Shown one piece after another: positions 18,830 to 31,951 of a stretch of DNA of 64,000 nucleotides. Numbering within the stretch: position 1 is the first letter of the stretch; every line of letters begins with the position of its first letter. The translations under genes and the position numbers were made by a program. The DNA comes from the human T2T-CHM13v2.0 reference genome, Homo sapiens, in assembly GCF_009914755.1 (NCBI RefSeq), contig NC_060938.1; one strand, given 5' to 3'. Below the pieces are notes generated by a model. It was given only the letters and a program-made list of their open reading frames with translations, made no database searches and was not told where the DNA came from.

Positions 18830-20030
18830 CAGAAGACCAGAGTGGGAGAGGAACTTGAATTTTATGACAAGAAGATAGATAAGTCAATCATGTGGATCCC
18901 ATGACTGGAGGGGACCGTGGAAAGATAACGCTGTTCAGAGGAAGTGAATCTAATTGAAGGGACTCAACAATAGCATGTATGCCAAAAAGGAAACCACAGA
19001 ACTGAAGGTGGAAATGTTTGGATGGGGATAAAAGGAGAAACAAACAGAAATAGATACTAAGATAATTGGAGGACACAGATGCTGCTTTCTTAGTTCAGAC
19101 TGCCAAACATCAAAAGCAAGTTACAGTAGTGCCAGAGGTCTCCAAGAATCAGGACACTAACATGAGTCTCTTTCTGCCAGAAGCAGAGCACCTAGTAAAT
19201 TCTTGCTCTACTCACAATTGCGTTTACTAGAATATTGAAAAAAGATTGTCAGATGTAATTTTTATAGATTTCAGGAAGTCAGATTTCAGAATGTTCCAAG
19301 GAAAATTATCTATAGTGCTTAAAAGGGACAGGGCATTCTCAAACATGAAGTTTCAATTGTATCTCAAAGGGTCCTGCTGAGGAAGAATGAAGCGGCTTCA
19401 GCAATCAGAAAGCGGCTGCACAGGTTGTTTTCTGATATGATCAAAGTGTGGGCAGAGATGAATGTCAAGTCTTTCACATGAGAAAAATGAACCTCGGCCG
19501 AGTGTGGTGGCTCACGCCTGTAATCCCAGCACTTTAGGGGACTGAGGCAGGAGGATCGCTTGAGCCCAGGAGTTCAAGACCAGCCTGGGCAATATGGCAA
19601 GACTCCATAGCTAAAAGTAAAAATAAAAATAAAAAATTTAATTAGCTGGGCATGGTGGCATGTGACTGTAGTCCTAGCTACTCGGGAGGCTGAGGCAGAA
19701 GGATTGCTTGAGCCCAGAAGTTCAAGGCTGCAGTGAGCTATGAAGCTATGGAGTGCCACTGCACCACAGCCTGGGCAACACAGTCAGACCATGTCTCCAA
19801 AAAAAAAAAAAAAAAAGATAGAAAAAAATGAACCAAACTAGTAAAGCAATGGCAGTTGATGTGAAAAGATTAAACCGATGTGAAGGTTTTAGTGGGCTAG
19901 AAGCTCTGTTTATGGCAGTAAAGGAATGAAGCTGCCCCAAAAGCTAATGGAAAGCTAGGTCTCATTCCCTGCATTGATTGGGGGACTCAATGGTTTCACT
20001 GTAACCTGATTTGAGTGTTGGGTTCAATTC
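18830..20030 (+). mobile_element. Ancient L3/CR1 LINE remnant (bounds approximate, interrupted by AluJ)
   Basis: 19252-19278 translates DVIFIDFRK, resembling the CR1 RT motif DVxYLDFSK; GAGTGTTGGGTTCAATTCTG resembles the CR1 LEYCVQFW region. Confidence 0.5.
19496..19817 (+). mobile_element. AluJ
   Basis: Sense Alu with J-type GAGGATCGCTTGAGCCCAGG. Confidence 0.88.
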
Positions 20031-20529
20031 TGAGAACATTTTTCCTTTTTTTAAATGTAAACAAAAATTTTTAATTGTACAAAAATAAGACAAAATTAAA
20101 AACACTTTTTAAAAAATCTATAATTATACTACCCACAAATAACCATGTTAAATACATTGGAATATATTCTTTCAGATGATATATATGTTATTATATACAT
20201 AAATGTATATTTACTAGAATGAGAGCATACTAACAAAGTGCTTTATAAAAATTTTTAACCTTATTGTTATAAATCTCTTTCTATACCAATAAATATAGAA
20301 TCCATAGAAATATATCATCATTTTTAACTGTTGCATCTTCTTCCACTGTCTGGATTTACTATAGTTCATTTACCTGCTTCTCTGTTCTTGGACTTTAAAT
20401 TGCTTCCAAATATTTGTATGTTATAAACAATGTGCGCTAAGTCCCTTGTACGTACATATTTGCATATTTGACCAATTATTTCCTTCCTTGAGGTAAGATT
20501 GCAGGATTGAAGGGTTTGCAAAATGAAGC

Positions 20530-20826
20530 TTTTTTTTTTTATTTTGAGACAGAGCCTCACTCTGTCACCCAGGCTGGAGTGCAGTGGCGCGCTCTCGGCT
20601 CAGTGCAATCTCCACCTCCTAGGTTCACGCAATTATCTTGCCTCAGCCTCTTGAGTAGCTGGGATTACAGGCACACATGACCCTGCATGGCTAATCTTTT
20701 TGTATTTTTAGTAGAGACAGGGTTTTGCCATGTTGGCGCTGGTCTCGAACTCCTGACCTCAGGCAATCCACCCTCCTCGGCCTCCCAAAGTGCTGGGATT
20801 ACAGGCATGAGCCACCACGCCCGGCA
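20530..20826 (-). mobile_element. AluS
   Basis: Antisense Alu; near-identical TSD AAAATGAAGCTTTTT / AAAATAAAGCTTTTT. Confidence 0.9.
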
Positions 20827-20875
20827 AAATAAAGCTTTTTGATAAGCAATGAGAATAGTTTATAACAAGTGATCA

Positions 20876-21634
<759 letters not shown>

Positions 21635-22013
21635 CACCAATGAACATATGAGAAGATACTCAACCTCACTAGCAATAGAAGAAATACATAACAATAAGAT
21701 ACTATTTTTTACATGCAGGTTGACAAAAATTTTAAAGATTGACAATAGCTAGTAATGGCAAAAAGTGAAGAAGTTGGATTTTTTATACAATGTTGGTGGG
21801 AGAGGAAATTGTTTCCACATTTTTGGAGGCAACTTGGCAGAATTTATCAAAATAATTACTGAAATTTAAAATGGTCCTACACTATTAGCCATAAGTCCTA
21901 ATAGCAGGAATTTATGCCAAAAAAATTTAGCACCAGTAACAAAATAGAAGAAATGTGTGTTCATTGGTTATAAATGTGACATCTAAAAATGAATTATGGA
22001 ATTTTATGGGTAC

Positions 22014-22807
22014 TGTAAGCCAAAAATAAAATTCTAAGCACCCCGAACCAACTAAATGGGCCCCTCCTCTCGACCAAGGGCATTCTAAAGTAAACTTGAA
22101 ACACTAGTTCAGGCCATGATGAGAATGGGTGGTCAGACATGCCTCCTTAAACCTTCCTCCCTTTGGAATTCAGGCACAGCTGACCAGCATTAACATTAAA
22201 ACAGTCTTATACCTTAAGACAGGCAGCACAGATTCTTGGTAGCAATAAGATAACAATATGCAGACCAAGATAGCAGGCCCTGAAAGAAACCGAGTATTTT
22301 GCTCCAAAATATATTGCTTTGACATATTTTGAAATGGCCCTGCAAAGCTGTCTCTTTAAGTCTGATGTTCTCTCTGAAGCCTGCTACCTGAAGACTTCAT
22401 CTGCATAATAAGAACCTCAGTCTCCACAACCCATCTGAACCCAGACACTCCCTTTTATTAATTCCGGGGCTTTAGATAAACTCTCGGCCAATTGCTAATC
22501 AGAAAATCTTTGAATTCACCTTTGACACGGAAGCCCTTCTTCGTCCCCACCCTCCTCAATGCCTCCACCCTCAACCGCCTCCCTGCTTTGAGTTGTCCCG
22601 CCTTTCCAGATCAAACCAAGGCACATCTTACATGTACTGGTTGATGTCTTATGTCTCCCTAAAATGTATAAAAACAAGCTGTAGCCTGACCACCTTGGGC
22701 ATATGTCATCAGGATCTCCTGGGGCTGTGTCACAGGCCGTGGTCACTCACATTTGGCTCAGAATAAATCTCTTCAATTATTCTACAGTTTGACTCTTTCT
22801 GTTGACA
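22014..22807 (+). mobile_element. MER4-group (MER4D/E-like) ERV1 solo LTR
   Basis: TGTAAGCCAAAAATAAAATTCTAAG start, AATAAA in R, ...GTTGACA end; 4-bp TSD GTAC/GTAT. Confidence 0.8.
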
Positions 22808-22933
22808 GTATTGACATGGGAAGATTTTAAAAATCAAGTTGCAGACAATTCATATAACGCTTTCTTTTTTGTAAAACAAAAGTTATATGTGTGAATATGA
22901 ATGAATATATACATATATAGTATAAGCATCCTA

Positions 22934-23085
22934 GGCTGGGCAAGGTGGCTCACACCTATAATCCCAGCTACTCAGGAGGCTGAGACAGGAGAATTACTTG
23001 AACCCAGGAGGCGGAGATTGCAGTGAGCCAAGATCATGCCACTGCACTCCAGCCTGGGCGACCGAGCGAGACTCCGTCTCAAAAA

Positions 23086-23125
<40 letters not shown>

Positions 23126-23128
23126 TAT
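22934..23128 (+). mobile_element. Monomeric Alu (FRAM-like or internally deleted) with A tail and (TA)n
   Basis: Alu 5' end fused directly to right-arm sequence. Confidence 0.8.
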
Positions 23129-23479
23129 GTTTAACTAACAATGTTGACTGCTACAGAATGGAATTGGCTGGCAGGACTTTTCATGTTTTACTTTATACAC
23201 TTCTGTACTGGCTAAAATTTTACAGTGAATGTGGATTTTCATAATTAAAAATATTAAAAACAAAAAAGTTTTCCAAAATTGATTCTAACTTTGGTTTACA
23301 CCTGTGATGTCAGTTTCGGGAATGAGGCCCCTCAGACAGGAATCAGGTCTGCTCACCTTGTTTTGTAGGGATCCTGAACAAACATACGCCAAAATTGGCA
23401 AAGCAGGCGGACGCAAAGAGCATTGGCAGAATGTCTCCCGCCCCTCCTCCAAGCCTCAGGGCTGCGTAATGGCAAGTGC

Positions 23480-24187
23480 AAATTCAAAATAAGTGGCTTG
23501 TTTTTCTCTGCTGAAAATAAAGGAAGAAACTTCTCCCTCTTCCCTTTCCTTACACATTTACCTCAAAAAATATATGAGTTCTTTCTCTGTCTCTTTGAAC
23601 TATAAATAAAACTTTTTAAATGTTAACTAATCCTCTGAACAGCATTACAACCCAGGAATGTCTTTCTTAAGGACCTGGGAAATATCTCTTTGAAATCATC
23701 AAGGAAGATAGCACCTGTATGTCCCAGTCCTGGTGGGAGGGGAGGAACCTCTTGCTCCTAAACTACCTCCTGTTATAAAGATATGTAAAGTTTATTTTTC
23801 CTTGTCATAAAGCCAATTAGATAGAACAGATGATTCACCCCAATTACCAAGTGAACTGAGGACAAACTGTGTGTGACAAGTGGGGTTGTCAAGTCCTTTT
23901 ACTTGAGGACTAGTTGTTGTTTATCTAGAGAAAATGTATGGAATTAATTTTATTAATATGTCTTTATAAAAGGGTGAAATTTCTTTCCGTCTTTGCAATC
24001 TTTTTAGAAAATTGCCTGTGATGAGCATTATATTCTGGTTTAATGCTTATTCAATAATAAAACTGTTTTATTTGTTTTCTTTTTTTATTATTATTATACT
24101 TTAAGTTTTAGGGTACATGTGCACAACCTTTGTGGGGCAGTTTTCTGGGCTGGGAATAGATTTTGTTTTTAATTCTATTTCCCAACA
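23480..24187 (+). mobile_element. ERV1-class LTR (subfamily unresolved), interrupted by a tiny L1 3' end
   Basis: TATAAAA, AATAATAAAA and ...TTTCCCAACA terminus; start approximate. Confidence 0.55.
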
Positions 24188-24913
24188 GCTACAGAGTGTC
24201 AGACCCCCTTGTACACCTTCAGAAGCCAAGGCCACCCCCGGCCCCCTAGGTTCTGCCAGCTGCATCCTGGAGAAACTCTCTGGAGCTACTGGGAGAGTAA
24301 ATGGAGGCCACAGGCAGATGCAGGCTGTGGATGCCACAGATATATTAAAGAATAAAAATCATGTCATAGACTAGAGAGGTCTGTGACACTTTGACATGCT
24401 CCCCCAATCCCCAGACTTTCTGGGACTGGACCACTGGCCATCTCTAAGGCTCTGTTTTCTAAGGAGTTTACAGCAGAAGCTACCTCCCACTTGGTCTTGG
24501 AACTAGAATGAGTGTAGAATTGGGAGCAAGTACAGACAGCTAAGGCAAAGTGTGCAAGCAGATGAACTTTTCCCTCATGCCCCTTTCCCTGTATCTGAAC
24601 CCATTACCCTTTCCTGATGCTCACTGCCCCTCAGGGGGTCCTCCTAGTGCCTGCAGGCTTCTTCCTCCTTTCTAAGGGGCTGGACTGCTTTATTTAGTGG
24701 GAATACTCCAACCCAAATCCAAGCTAAAATTTACATTTTCAAAAAGGACTTTTGATAACTGCACATATTTTCACTTTATTTAGTAAATACTTACTGAGCA
24801 TATCTGGTATGTGAAACACTGATGTAGGTTTCTGGGAGAAAGGGTAGGAGACCCCCAAATTAATATCAACCAATCTTCTGCACTGAAGGGGATTTGCTAT
24901 TTCTTGGGGAAGA

Positions 24914-25614
24914 TGTTACAGGTAGTCAGGCATGAGTGGGGCAGGAGAGGGCTATCCTCCACCAACTAGGAATGTCAGGTGATGGTTCAGGATTTGTCAC
25001 ATTGCCTCTCTAAAAGTGATAAATTGGCAGCCAGGGAGACGCCATTATCCTGAGGGTCCACACCTGTTGCACTGAAGTGTTAATTGAATACAGATGCCAG
25101 GAAGAAGCATCTTTTTGGGCATGCACATTAAGAGACAAAATGGCGGAGTATGACCTTCCAGGGGCACTCCACCGGAAAAGGGAAGAAAGCCTCAGTTGGG
25201 CGTGGGTACAACTTCCTAAACACAATGTGTGTGCTCACTTCCCAAGGGTAAGGGGGGCACTGCACGTGCAGGCAGCACACCCTAAGGGAAGAATCATGGG
25301 AAAGGGGCCAGCCTATAGAGTCCTAGGATCAAGGTTAAACACTGCACTTTACCTCGGTGCCCACTTGGATCTCTTCCAAGCATACTTTCCTTTCTTTGCT
25401 GTTCTAAAGCCTTTTTAAATAAACTTCCACCCCTGCTCTGAAACTTCCCATGGTCTCTTTTTCCATCTTATGCCCCTCAGTCAAATTCTTTCTTCTGAGG
25501 AGACAAGGATTGAGGTTGCTGCAGACCCGTATGGATTCGCCTCTGGTAGCCTGGATGCCTTCCACTGCTAACATATTTGGTGCTGTGAGACTCAAATATT
25601 TGCCACCCCTAACA
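24914..25614 (+). mobile_element. MER50 ERV1 solo LTR
   Basis: TGTTACAGGTAGTCAGGCATGAG start, ...CCTAACA end, TSD AAGA at 24910-24913 and 25615-25618. Confidence 0.82.
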
Positions 25615-26277
25615 AAGACAGACAAACAAACACATCAACCCCACAAAGCATGAAAAGGTCTATAAGAAGGAAGTGTTTGCTGTGGGCTGAGAATGGAACT
25701 GCTAGGCTAAGGGTTCACCAGTGGAAACTTGGACGTATGTTGCTGGTTTTAAATCCAAGCTTAGAAGCTTTTGGTCAGTGGTTTGAAAGACTTCTGAGAC
25801 AGTCTATGAGTTCTCAAATATTTTAAGTGAAACACTTCTGGTAGAAAGAGCATGGGTTCTGAGGCCATCTCAGAGTCTTACACAGGGAATCACAGAGGTC
25901 TAGCTTCTTCCTCTCCACTAATCTGATCCTAGAGACTCACAGAAATCTCCATAGAAGACTGAGCCTCACAGTCTAACTGCTTTGCCAGATGTACAGTAAC
26001 AGTGGGCTTCCTCTAGAGGCACAAGGTGTCCTCACAAGCCCTACTAGCCAAAGAGTCTAAATCTTGGGGCTTCGGGTCCACTCAAAGAAGCAGAGTCTTT
26101 GGCACATGCAAGACATCCTCAGTTTCTACAGCTCCCATTCCTGGCCTGCAAATCCCCAACAACGCTCCGTTTACCTGAGCTCACCTTTCATCATCTGTTC
26201 TCATGGGATCTAGTTTTCCACTTTGGGAGGATTGTCCTTCTGCTTAGACTTAAAAATGTTACATGAAATTTCAAGGT

Positions 26278-27750
26278 TGTAAGAACTGAGAGACTGAATA
26301 TAAAAGTGGACAACAGCCAGACCATATATAACAACAGAACACTGACTCAGAAACTCCGAAGGGACCCTCAAGGGAAGCCAAACCACAACCAAACCTCTGA
26401 AGCACTTGGCCCAGAATGGCCAAGACTTGTTCGTGACTGCTCACTTTCCTGTTTTCTGAAGCTCCCCTCCCCTTCCACACTTCTTTCAAACTCAAGACCA
26501 ATCACATAAAGTCAAATATGCTTCCCAAACCAATCCCCTAAGATGTCCTGCTTCTAGTTTATCAGAGAACCTGCCCCATTAGTCACTTAGGTTCTTTTCT
26601 ATTTTCCCTAAGCATCGGCTGGTTTGAGAAATAAAGGGACAGAGTACAAAAGAGAGAAATTTTAAAGCTGGGCAGCCGGGGGAGACATCACATGTCACTA
26701 GGTTCCATGATGCCCCCCAAGCCACAAAAACCAGCAAGTTTTTATTAGGGACTTTCAAAAGGGGAGGGAGTGTACGAATAGGTGTGGGTCACAGAGGTCA
26801 CGTACTTTACAAAGTAATAGAATATCACAAGGCAAAGGGAGGCATGGCGAGATCACAGGACCACAGGACCAGGGTGAAATTAAAATTGCTAATGAAGTTT
26901 CGGGCACCATTGTCATTGATAACATCTTATCAGGAGACAGGGTTTTGAGAGCAACCAGTCTGACCAAAATTTATTAGGTGGAAATTTCCTCTTCCTAATA
27001 AGCCTGGGAGCGCTATGGGAGACTGGGGTCTATTTGACCCCTACAGTCTACAGACCATAAAAGACGGGCACGCCCAGGGGGGCCGTCTATAGGACTACAC
27101 TCCCAGGCGCGTACTCTCTTTCCCAGGGATGTTCCTTGCTGAGAAAAAGAATTCAGTGATATTCCTCCCATTTGCTTTTGAAAGAAGAGAAATATGGCTC
27201 TGTTCCCCCCGGCTCACCAGCGGTCAGAGTTTAAGGTTGTCTCTCTTATTCCCTGAACAATTGCTGTTATCCTGTTCTTTTTCCAAGGTGCCCAGATTTC
27301 GTATTTGTTCAAACACACATGCTCTACAATTTGTGCAGTTAACACAATTATCACATGGTCCTGAGGTGACATACATCTTCCTCAGCTGACAGGATTAAGA
27401 GATTAAAGACAGGCATAGGAAATCACAAGGGTATTCATTGGGGAAGTGATAAGTGTCCATGAAATCTTCACTATCCACATTCTTCTGCCATGGCTTCAGC
27501 CGGTCCCTCCGTTTGGGGTGCCTGACTTCCCGCAACACTAGTTAGCTCACCTCCAGCTTCCCCATGCCAAAATCCTCCAGTCAGGGAATACTCGGGCCTT
27601 TCCCTTTTTTTCTACTATGAAGCTTTCCACTCCCCTGCCTGCCTTTGACTCTCTGCCAAATGCAAGTGATGGTGGCTGACTCCCCTGATATAGCTAGCTC
27701 TGAATAAGTGGCATCTGTGCTCATTTAAGTAGTCTTCATTTATGTCCACA
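26278..27750 (+). mobile_element. ERVL-class LTR (MER54-like), split by MER11
   Basis: TGTAAG...GTCCACA termini; the two halves rejoin across the CTAGTT duplication. Confidence 0.6.
26560..27537 (-). mobile_element. MER11 (HERV-K HML-8) solo LTR
   Basis: Minus strand begins TGTTGCGGGAAGTCAGG and ends ...GATA; 6-bp TSD CTAGTT at 26554-26559 and 27538-27543, the length typical of betaretrovirus-like ERVs. Confidence 0.92.
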
Positions 27751-28012
27751 GAACTCTGCAGCAGTTCCTTAGGTATGCATGTGTCCTTCTGACCAGTTCC
27801 ACGCAGAGCATAGGGGTTAATTTAGCAAAGTGGATGCTGCAGCACTGGCGGCCAAGCAAGACAAGAAATTAAACCTCAGAGATTCTGATGATATTGAAAA
27901 GCTGGTTTGCACTGAGCTGAACCACAGGCCCAGAGTGGGTCCAAGTAAGCATCCCAGACAGTGTTTGGGCACCAAGAATTCAGACTAGGAATGCAGTTAA
28001 AAACAGATTCTT

Positions 28013-28305
<293 letters not shown>

Positions 28306-29494
28306 AACAGATTCTTTCCAGGTGTATGGAGCCAGAAAAGGGGAGAAGCTATGCCTTGTGGAGAGATAATGAACTTTGTAGTCAAGCTGCTTTTTGGTCA
28401 CAAGAATCTAAGACCTTCTCAAGATAGCTCAATAAAAAGGGATTTCATTTACAGGTACAGGCAAAACACATCAAATCCAGGAATAGGAATCAAAATTCTA
28501 CCAGCTCCAGCCCTAGGAAGTCATGAGAGAAGAGGGCTCTTTGTGTTGTGCCTTTGTGTTGTGAGTGGGCTGTCATCTCTCTCTTCTCTGTTTTTCTCTA
28601 TACATCAACTGCATTCTCTCTGAGGGGCAGACTGGTTTCCTCTAATTATTCATCAGCTTGCACCTGGCACCCAAAGTGGCCACTCCAGCCACCAAGCCTA
28701 TTTCTGCTTCCAGGGGAAGCATCACACTTGTGTGGAATAATCTCTGTGTTTTTTGCTTCAATTTCTCAAAAAAGTCGTATCTGTTTACACAGCTCCTCTG
28801 GTCCAGCCAAGCCACACAGGTCATAGGTCACTGGCCAGTCTCTTAGGTGTGCAAGTGTCCCTGCAGGTGATGGGTTATGCCTTCAGTCAGATTATCCATC
28901 CATGGATCAATCATTAGTGGCTAGGGGAACAGGGCCATGTCTTACATAACGACATGAGCATATTGGATATTATGAACATGTTCTATTACAGAAAGCAATA
29001 TTATTAAATAACACAGATGACATGCACCCAACACAATCATTGCAAATGCCCGAAAAAAAAATGGATATGATAGTGGATTAGAGAATAATGAAGGTTATTT
29101 CTAAAAAGATCCTGCAGAGGATGGAAAGAAAGAGGGTCCGTGCAGAGAAGTTCAGGAAGGACTTCGTGTCAAGCCGATAGAACAGTTGTGTTCGGGATCC
29201 ATAAAGAAATGGGGCCAAACATGTTAGGACTTTAGGAGGAAATAGGCTGCATGGCCCTTCCATTCTTACAATATTCAGTGTGGATGGGGCTTAGAGATCA
29301 TCAAGTCCAGCCCTGTTGCACTTCAGCTGAGAGTACTGAGAGTCAGAATGGCTGGTGACACAGCTGCGGTCACAGATTAAAGTGAAAACCAAGGCCAGCG
29401 TTCAAGTCTCTGTCTCCGCAGTCAGTCTTTCCACTATAGACTATTCAGAATTCCTTAGCTAGCTCACTCTTTCACTAAGGCAGCTCCTCTCTTT

Positions 29495-30538
29495 CTAACA
29501 CTGGAGCTTTACAGAATAGACACATGGTGGAGAAGAGCAAGCCCTTCCTTGGTGGTCTTTGTTGGAGGATAATCTGCTTCTCAGCACTGCCCTCATCCTC
29601 TTTTCAAAAACTCCTCGAACCCTGACCCACACATCCCTGAGGACTCCCTGCACTGTGTCATTCCTCAGAGTATATATAAAGGGGTTGAGGAATGGAGTCA
29701 CCACACTGCTCAGAACCAAAGGGATCTTGTTGATCTCCAGATATTCTTTCTGGGAGGGAGTCACATAGATAAACACAGTGATGCCACTAGGAATGATGAC
29801 TATGGTCAGGTGGGAAGCACAGGTATTAAAGGCCTTCTTCCTTCCACTTGCAGAAGGAATGCGCACTATGGTCAAGATGATGTACGTATAGGAATAGGCC
29901 ACGAGGACTATGCAGCAGAGGATGACCATGGAAGAAAGCATAAAATCCATCAGCTCGATGGCAGTGGTGTCTGCACAGGCCAGGGCCAGCAAGGGTCCAC
30001 TGTCACAGAAGAAGTGGTTAATGATATTGGAGCCACAGAAGGGCAGCTGGGAGATGAGGATGGTTGGAAAGAGCACAGACAGGAAGCCTCCCACCCAAGA
30101 GAATACAACGGTCCCAATGCAGACAGAAGGTCTCATGATGGTGGTGTACCGCAGGGGGCAGCAGATGGTGGCATAACGGTCATAGGACATGACCGTCAGC
30201 AGGAGGAACTCAACTGTGCCCAAGAAAAAGTAGAAATAGCACTGGGTGATACATCCGGCAAAGGAGATGGTTTTATCCCTAGATCCTAAGTTGGCCAACA
30301 CTTTTGGAGAGATGACTGAGGTGAAGAGGATGTCCAGGATAGAGAGGTTGCACAAGAAGAAGTACATGGGGGTGTGGAGGCGGGAGCAGGACAGCACAGT
30401 GGAGATGATGAGCAGGTTCCCCAGAAGAGTCAGCAGGAACGTGGGCAGCAGGAGCACCAGGAGCAGCAGCTCCACCTCCCTGCTCAGGGAAAACCCCAGC
30501 AGAACAAACTCAGTCACCGCTGCAGTCCAGTTACCCAT
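29495..30538 (-). CDS. OR6J1: Olfactory receptor family 6 subfamily J member 1 (347 aa)
   Basis: Open 347-aa ORF with N-glycosylation site NWT and the OR motifs [26 protein letters not shown] and [12 protein letters not shown]. Confidence 0.96.
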   Translation of the reverse strand: MGNWTAAVTEFVLLGFSLSREVELLLLVLLLPTFLLTLLGNLLIISTVLSCSRLHTPMYFFLCNLSILDILFTSVISPKVLANLGSRDKTISFAGCITQCYFYFFLGTVEFLLLTVMSYDRYATICCPLRYTTIMRPSVCIGTVVFSWVGGFLSVLFPTILISQLPFCGSNIINHFFCDSGPLLALACADTTAIELMDFMLSSMVILCCIVLVAYSYTYIILTIVRIPSASGRKKAFNTCASHLTIVIIPSGITVFIYVTPSQKEYLEINKIPLVLSSVVTPFLNPFIYTLRNDTVQGVLRDVWVRVRGVFEKRMRAVLRSRLSSNKDHQGRACSSPPCVYSVKLQC

Positions 30539-30565
30539 GGGCCTGGTGGGCCTGGCTCAATTCTC

Positions 30566-30590
30566 CTAACAGAACAAAGGGAGATAACAC
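30566..30590 (-). promoter_or_regulatory. OR6J1: Splice acceptor of the OR6J1 coding exon (27 nt upstream of ATG)
   Basis: Minus strand TCTCCCTTTGTTCTGTTAG|GAG. Confidence 0.8.
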
Positions 30591-31951
30591 TTAAGAGAGT
30601 GTTCAGTGGATGAAACCCCATGGCTGCTCACTAGAAAAATATGAACATAGAACATGATGACTGCCAGCTAGACGTGTAATGCAAGTTTAGCTTGGCTTTC
30701 AATTATTTGCCTATCAAAATGGACAAGGTTTTTGAAAATAATAATGTACACTGTCAGCAAGGGTGTCCTGAGACCTATGCTGTCATATAGGTCATATGAA
30801 CTTTCTAAAAGATAATTTAGCAATGTGTGTCAAAAACCTTAAAATTAAGCAAATTCTTAGATTTGGAAATTGTACTTCCATCCTGAGGAAGTAGTCATGG
30901 ATATGTTAAAAAGATTTTGCCACAAGAATATTCACCACAGAATTTTTTACAATAATGAAAATTTGGCAACAACTTTAATATCCAGAAATGGGAGATGAAA
31001 TAAACAAATTATGGTACCTTTAAGAAATAACACATTATGTAGCCATTAAAAATTATATTTTACAGTAACATATAAATGACAAAACATTCAAAATGTATTA
31101 TTAAGTTTTAAAGCATTATTTTAAGCATTATTTAAGTATTTATTATTATTAGGTTTTAAAAGTGTTTTTAAAGCAAGTTACAAACTTGTAATGACATTGT
31201 GATGCCATTTTGGGGGAGAGATGTAAATTAGCAAAGGTCCTAGAGTAGCCAAGAAGACATTGCTGAAGAAGAAAGTCAGGGAAGGAGCTTGCATTGGCAG
31301 ATATTGAGACTTATAAAATTGGAATGATTAAGGCAAGATGGCATTGGCACAAATATACATAAAAATGACCAATGGAACAAAATACAGAGCCAAGAAACAG
31401 ACCCACACAGATGTGGAACAGTGATATGTGTCAGAAGTGAAAGAAGCTGGTACTGCTGCTTGTCCATAGGGGAAAAAGTAAAATTGATTCCCAATCTCAT
31501 ATCAGACACTAACATCCACTCCAGATGGACAAAAAACTTTTGTGTAAAGATCAAAACTTTTAGAAGAAAAGATAGAAGAATGTTGTTTTTGGCCTCAGAG
31601 TAGAAAAGAACCTACTAAATAAGACCCAAAAAAGTGCTAAACAGAAAAGAAAATATTAATAAATTAAGCTACATTAAAATGAAGAATTTCTATTTATTAA
31701 AAGAGCCTTCAAATAAAGTTAAAGGCAAATCACAAACAGGAAGAACATATTTATGCCACAGATAATGGACAAACTTTAGTACTCATGTAATTAACATTTT
31801 GATTCATACAAAGCAGTAAGAAATAGATAAGCAATCCAATAGAAAGATGGGCCAAACATGCTACCTGAACTCCATTAAAGAGGAAAAATAAATGTACAAA
31901 AAGATGCTTGATCTCATTAGTAATTAAGGAAATATAAATTAAGACACTAGC

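Noticed and set aside
19908-19922. 15-mer TTTATGGCAGTAAAG repeated at about 50225
   Set aside because: An isolated 15-nt match is expected by chance in 64 kb and does not extend
29559-30613. Plus-strand ORFs overlapping OR6J1
   Set aside because: Antisense shadows of the OR coding sequence with no recognisable protein features
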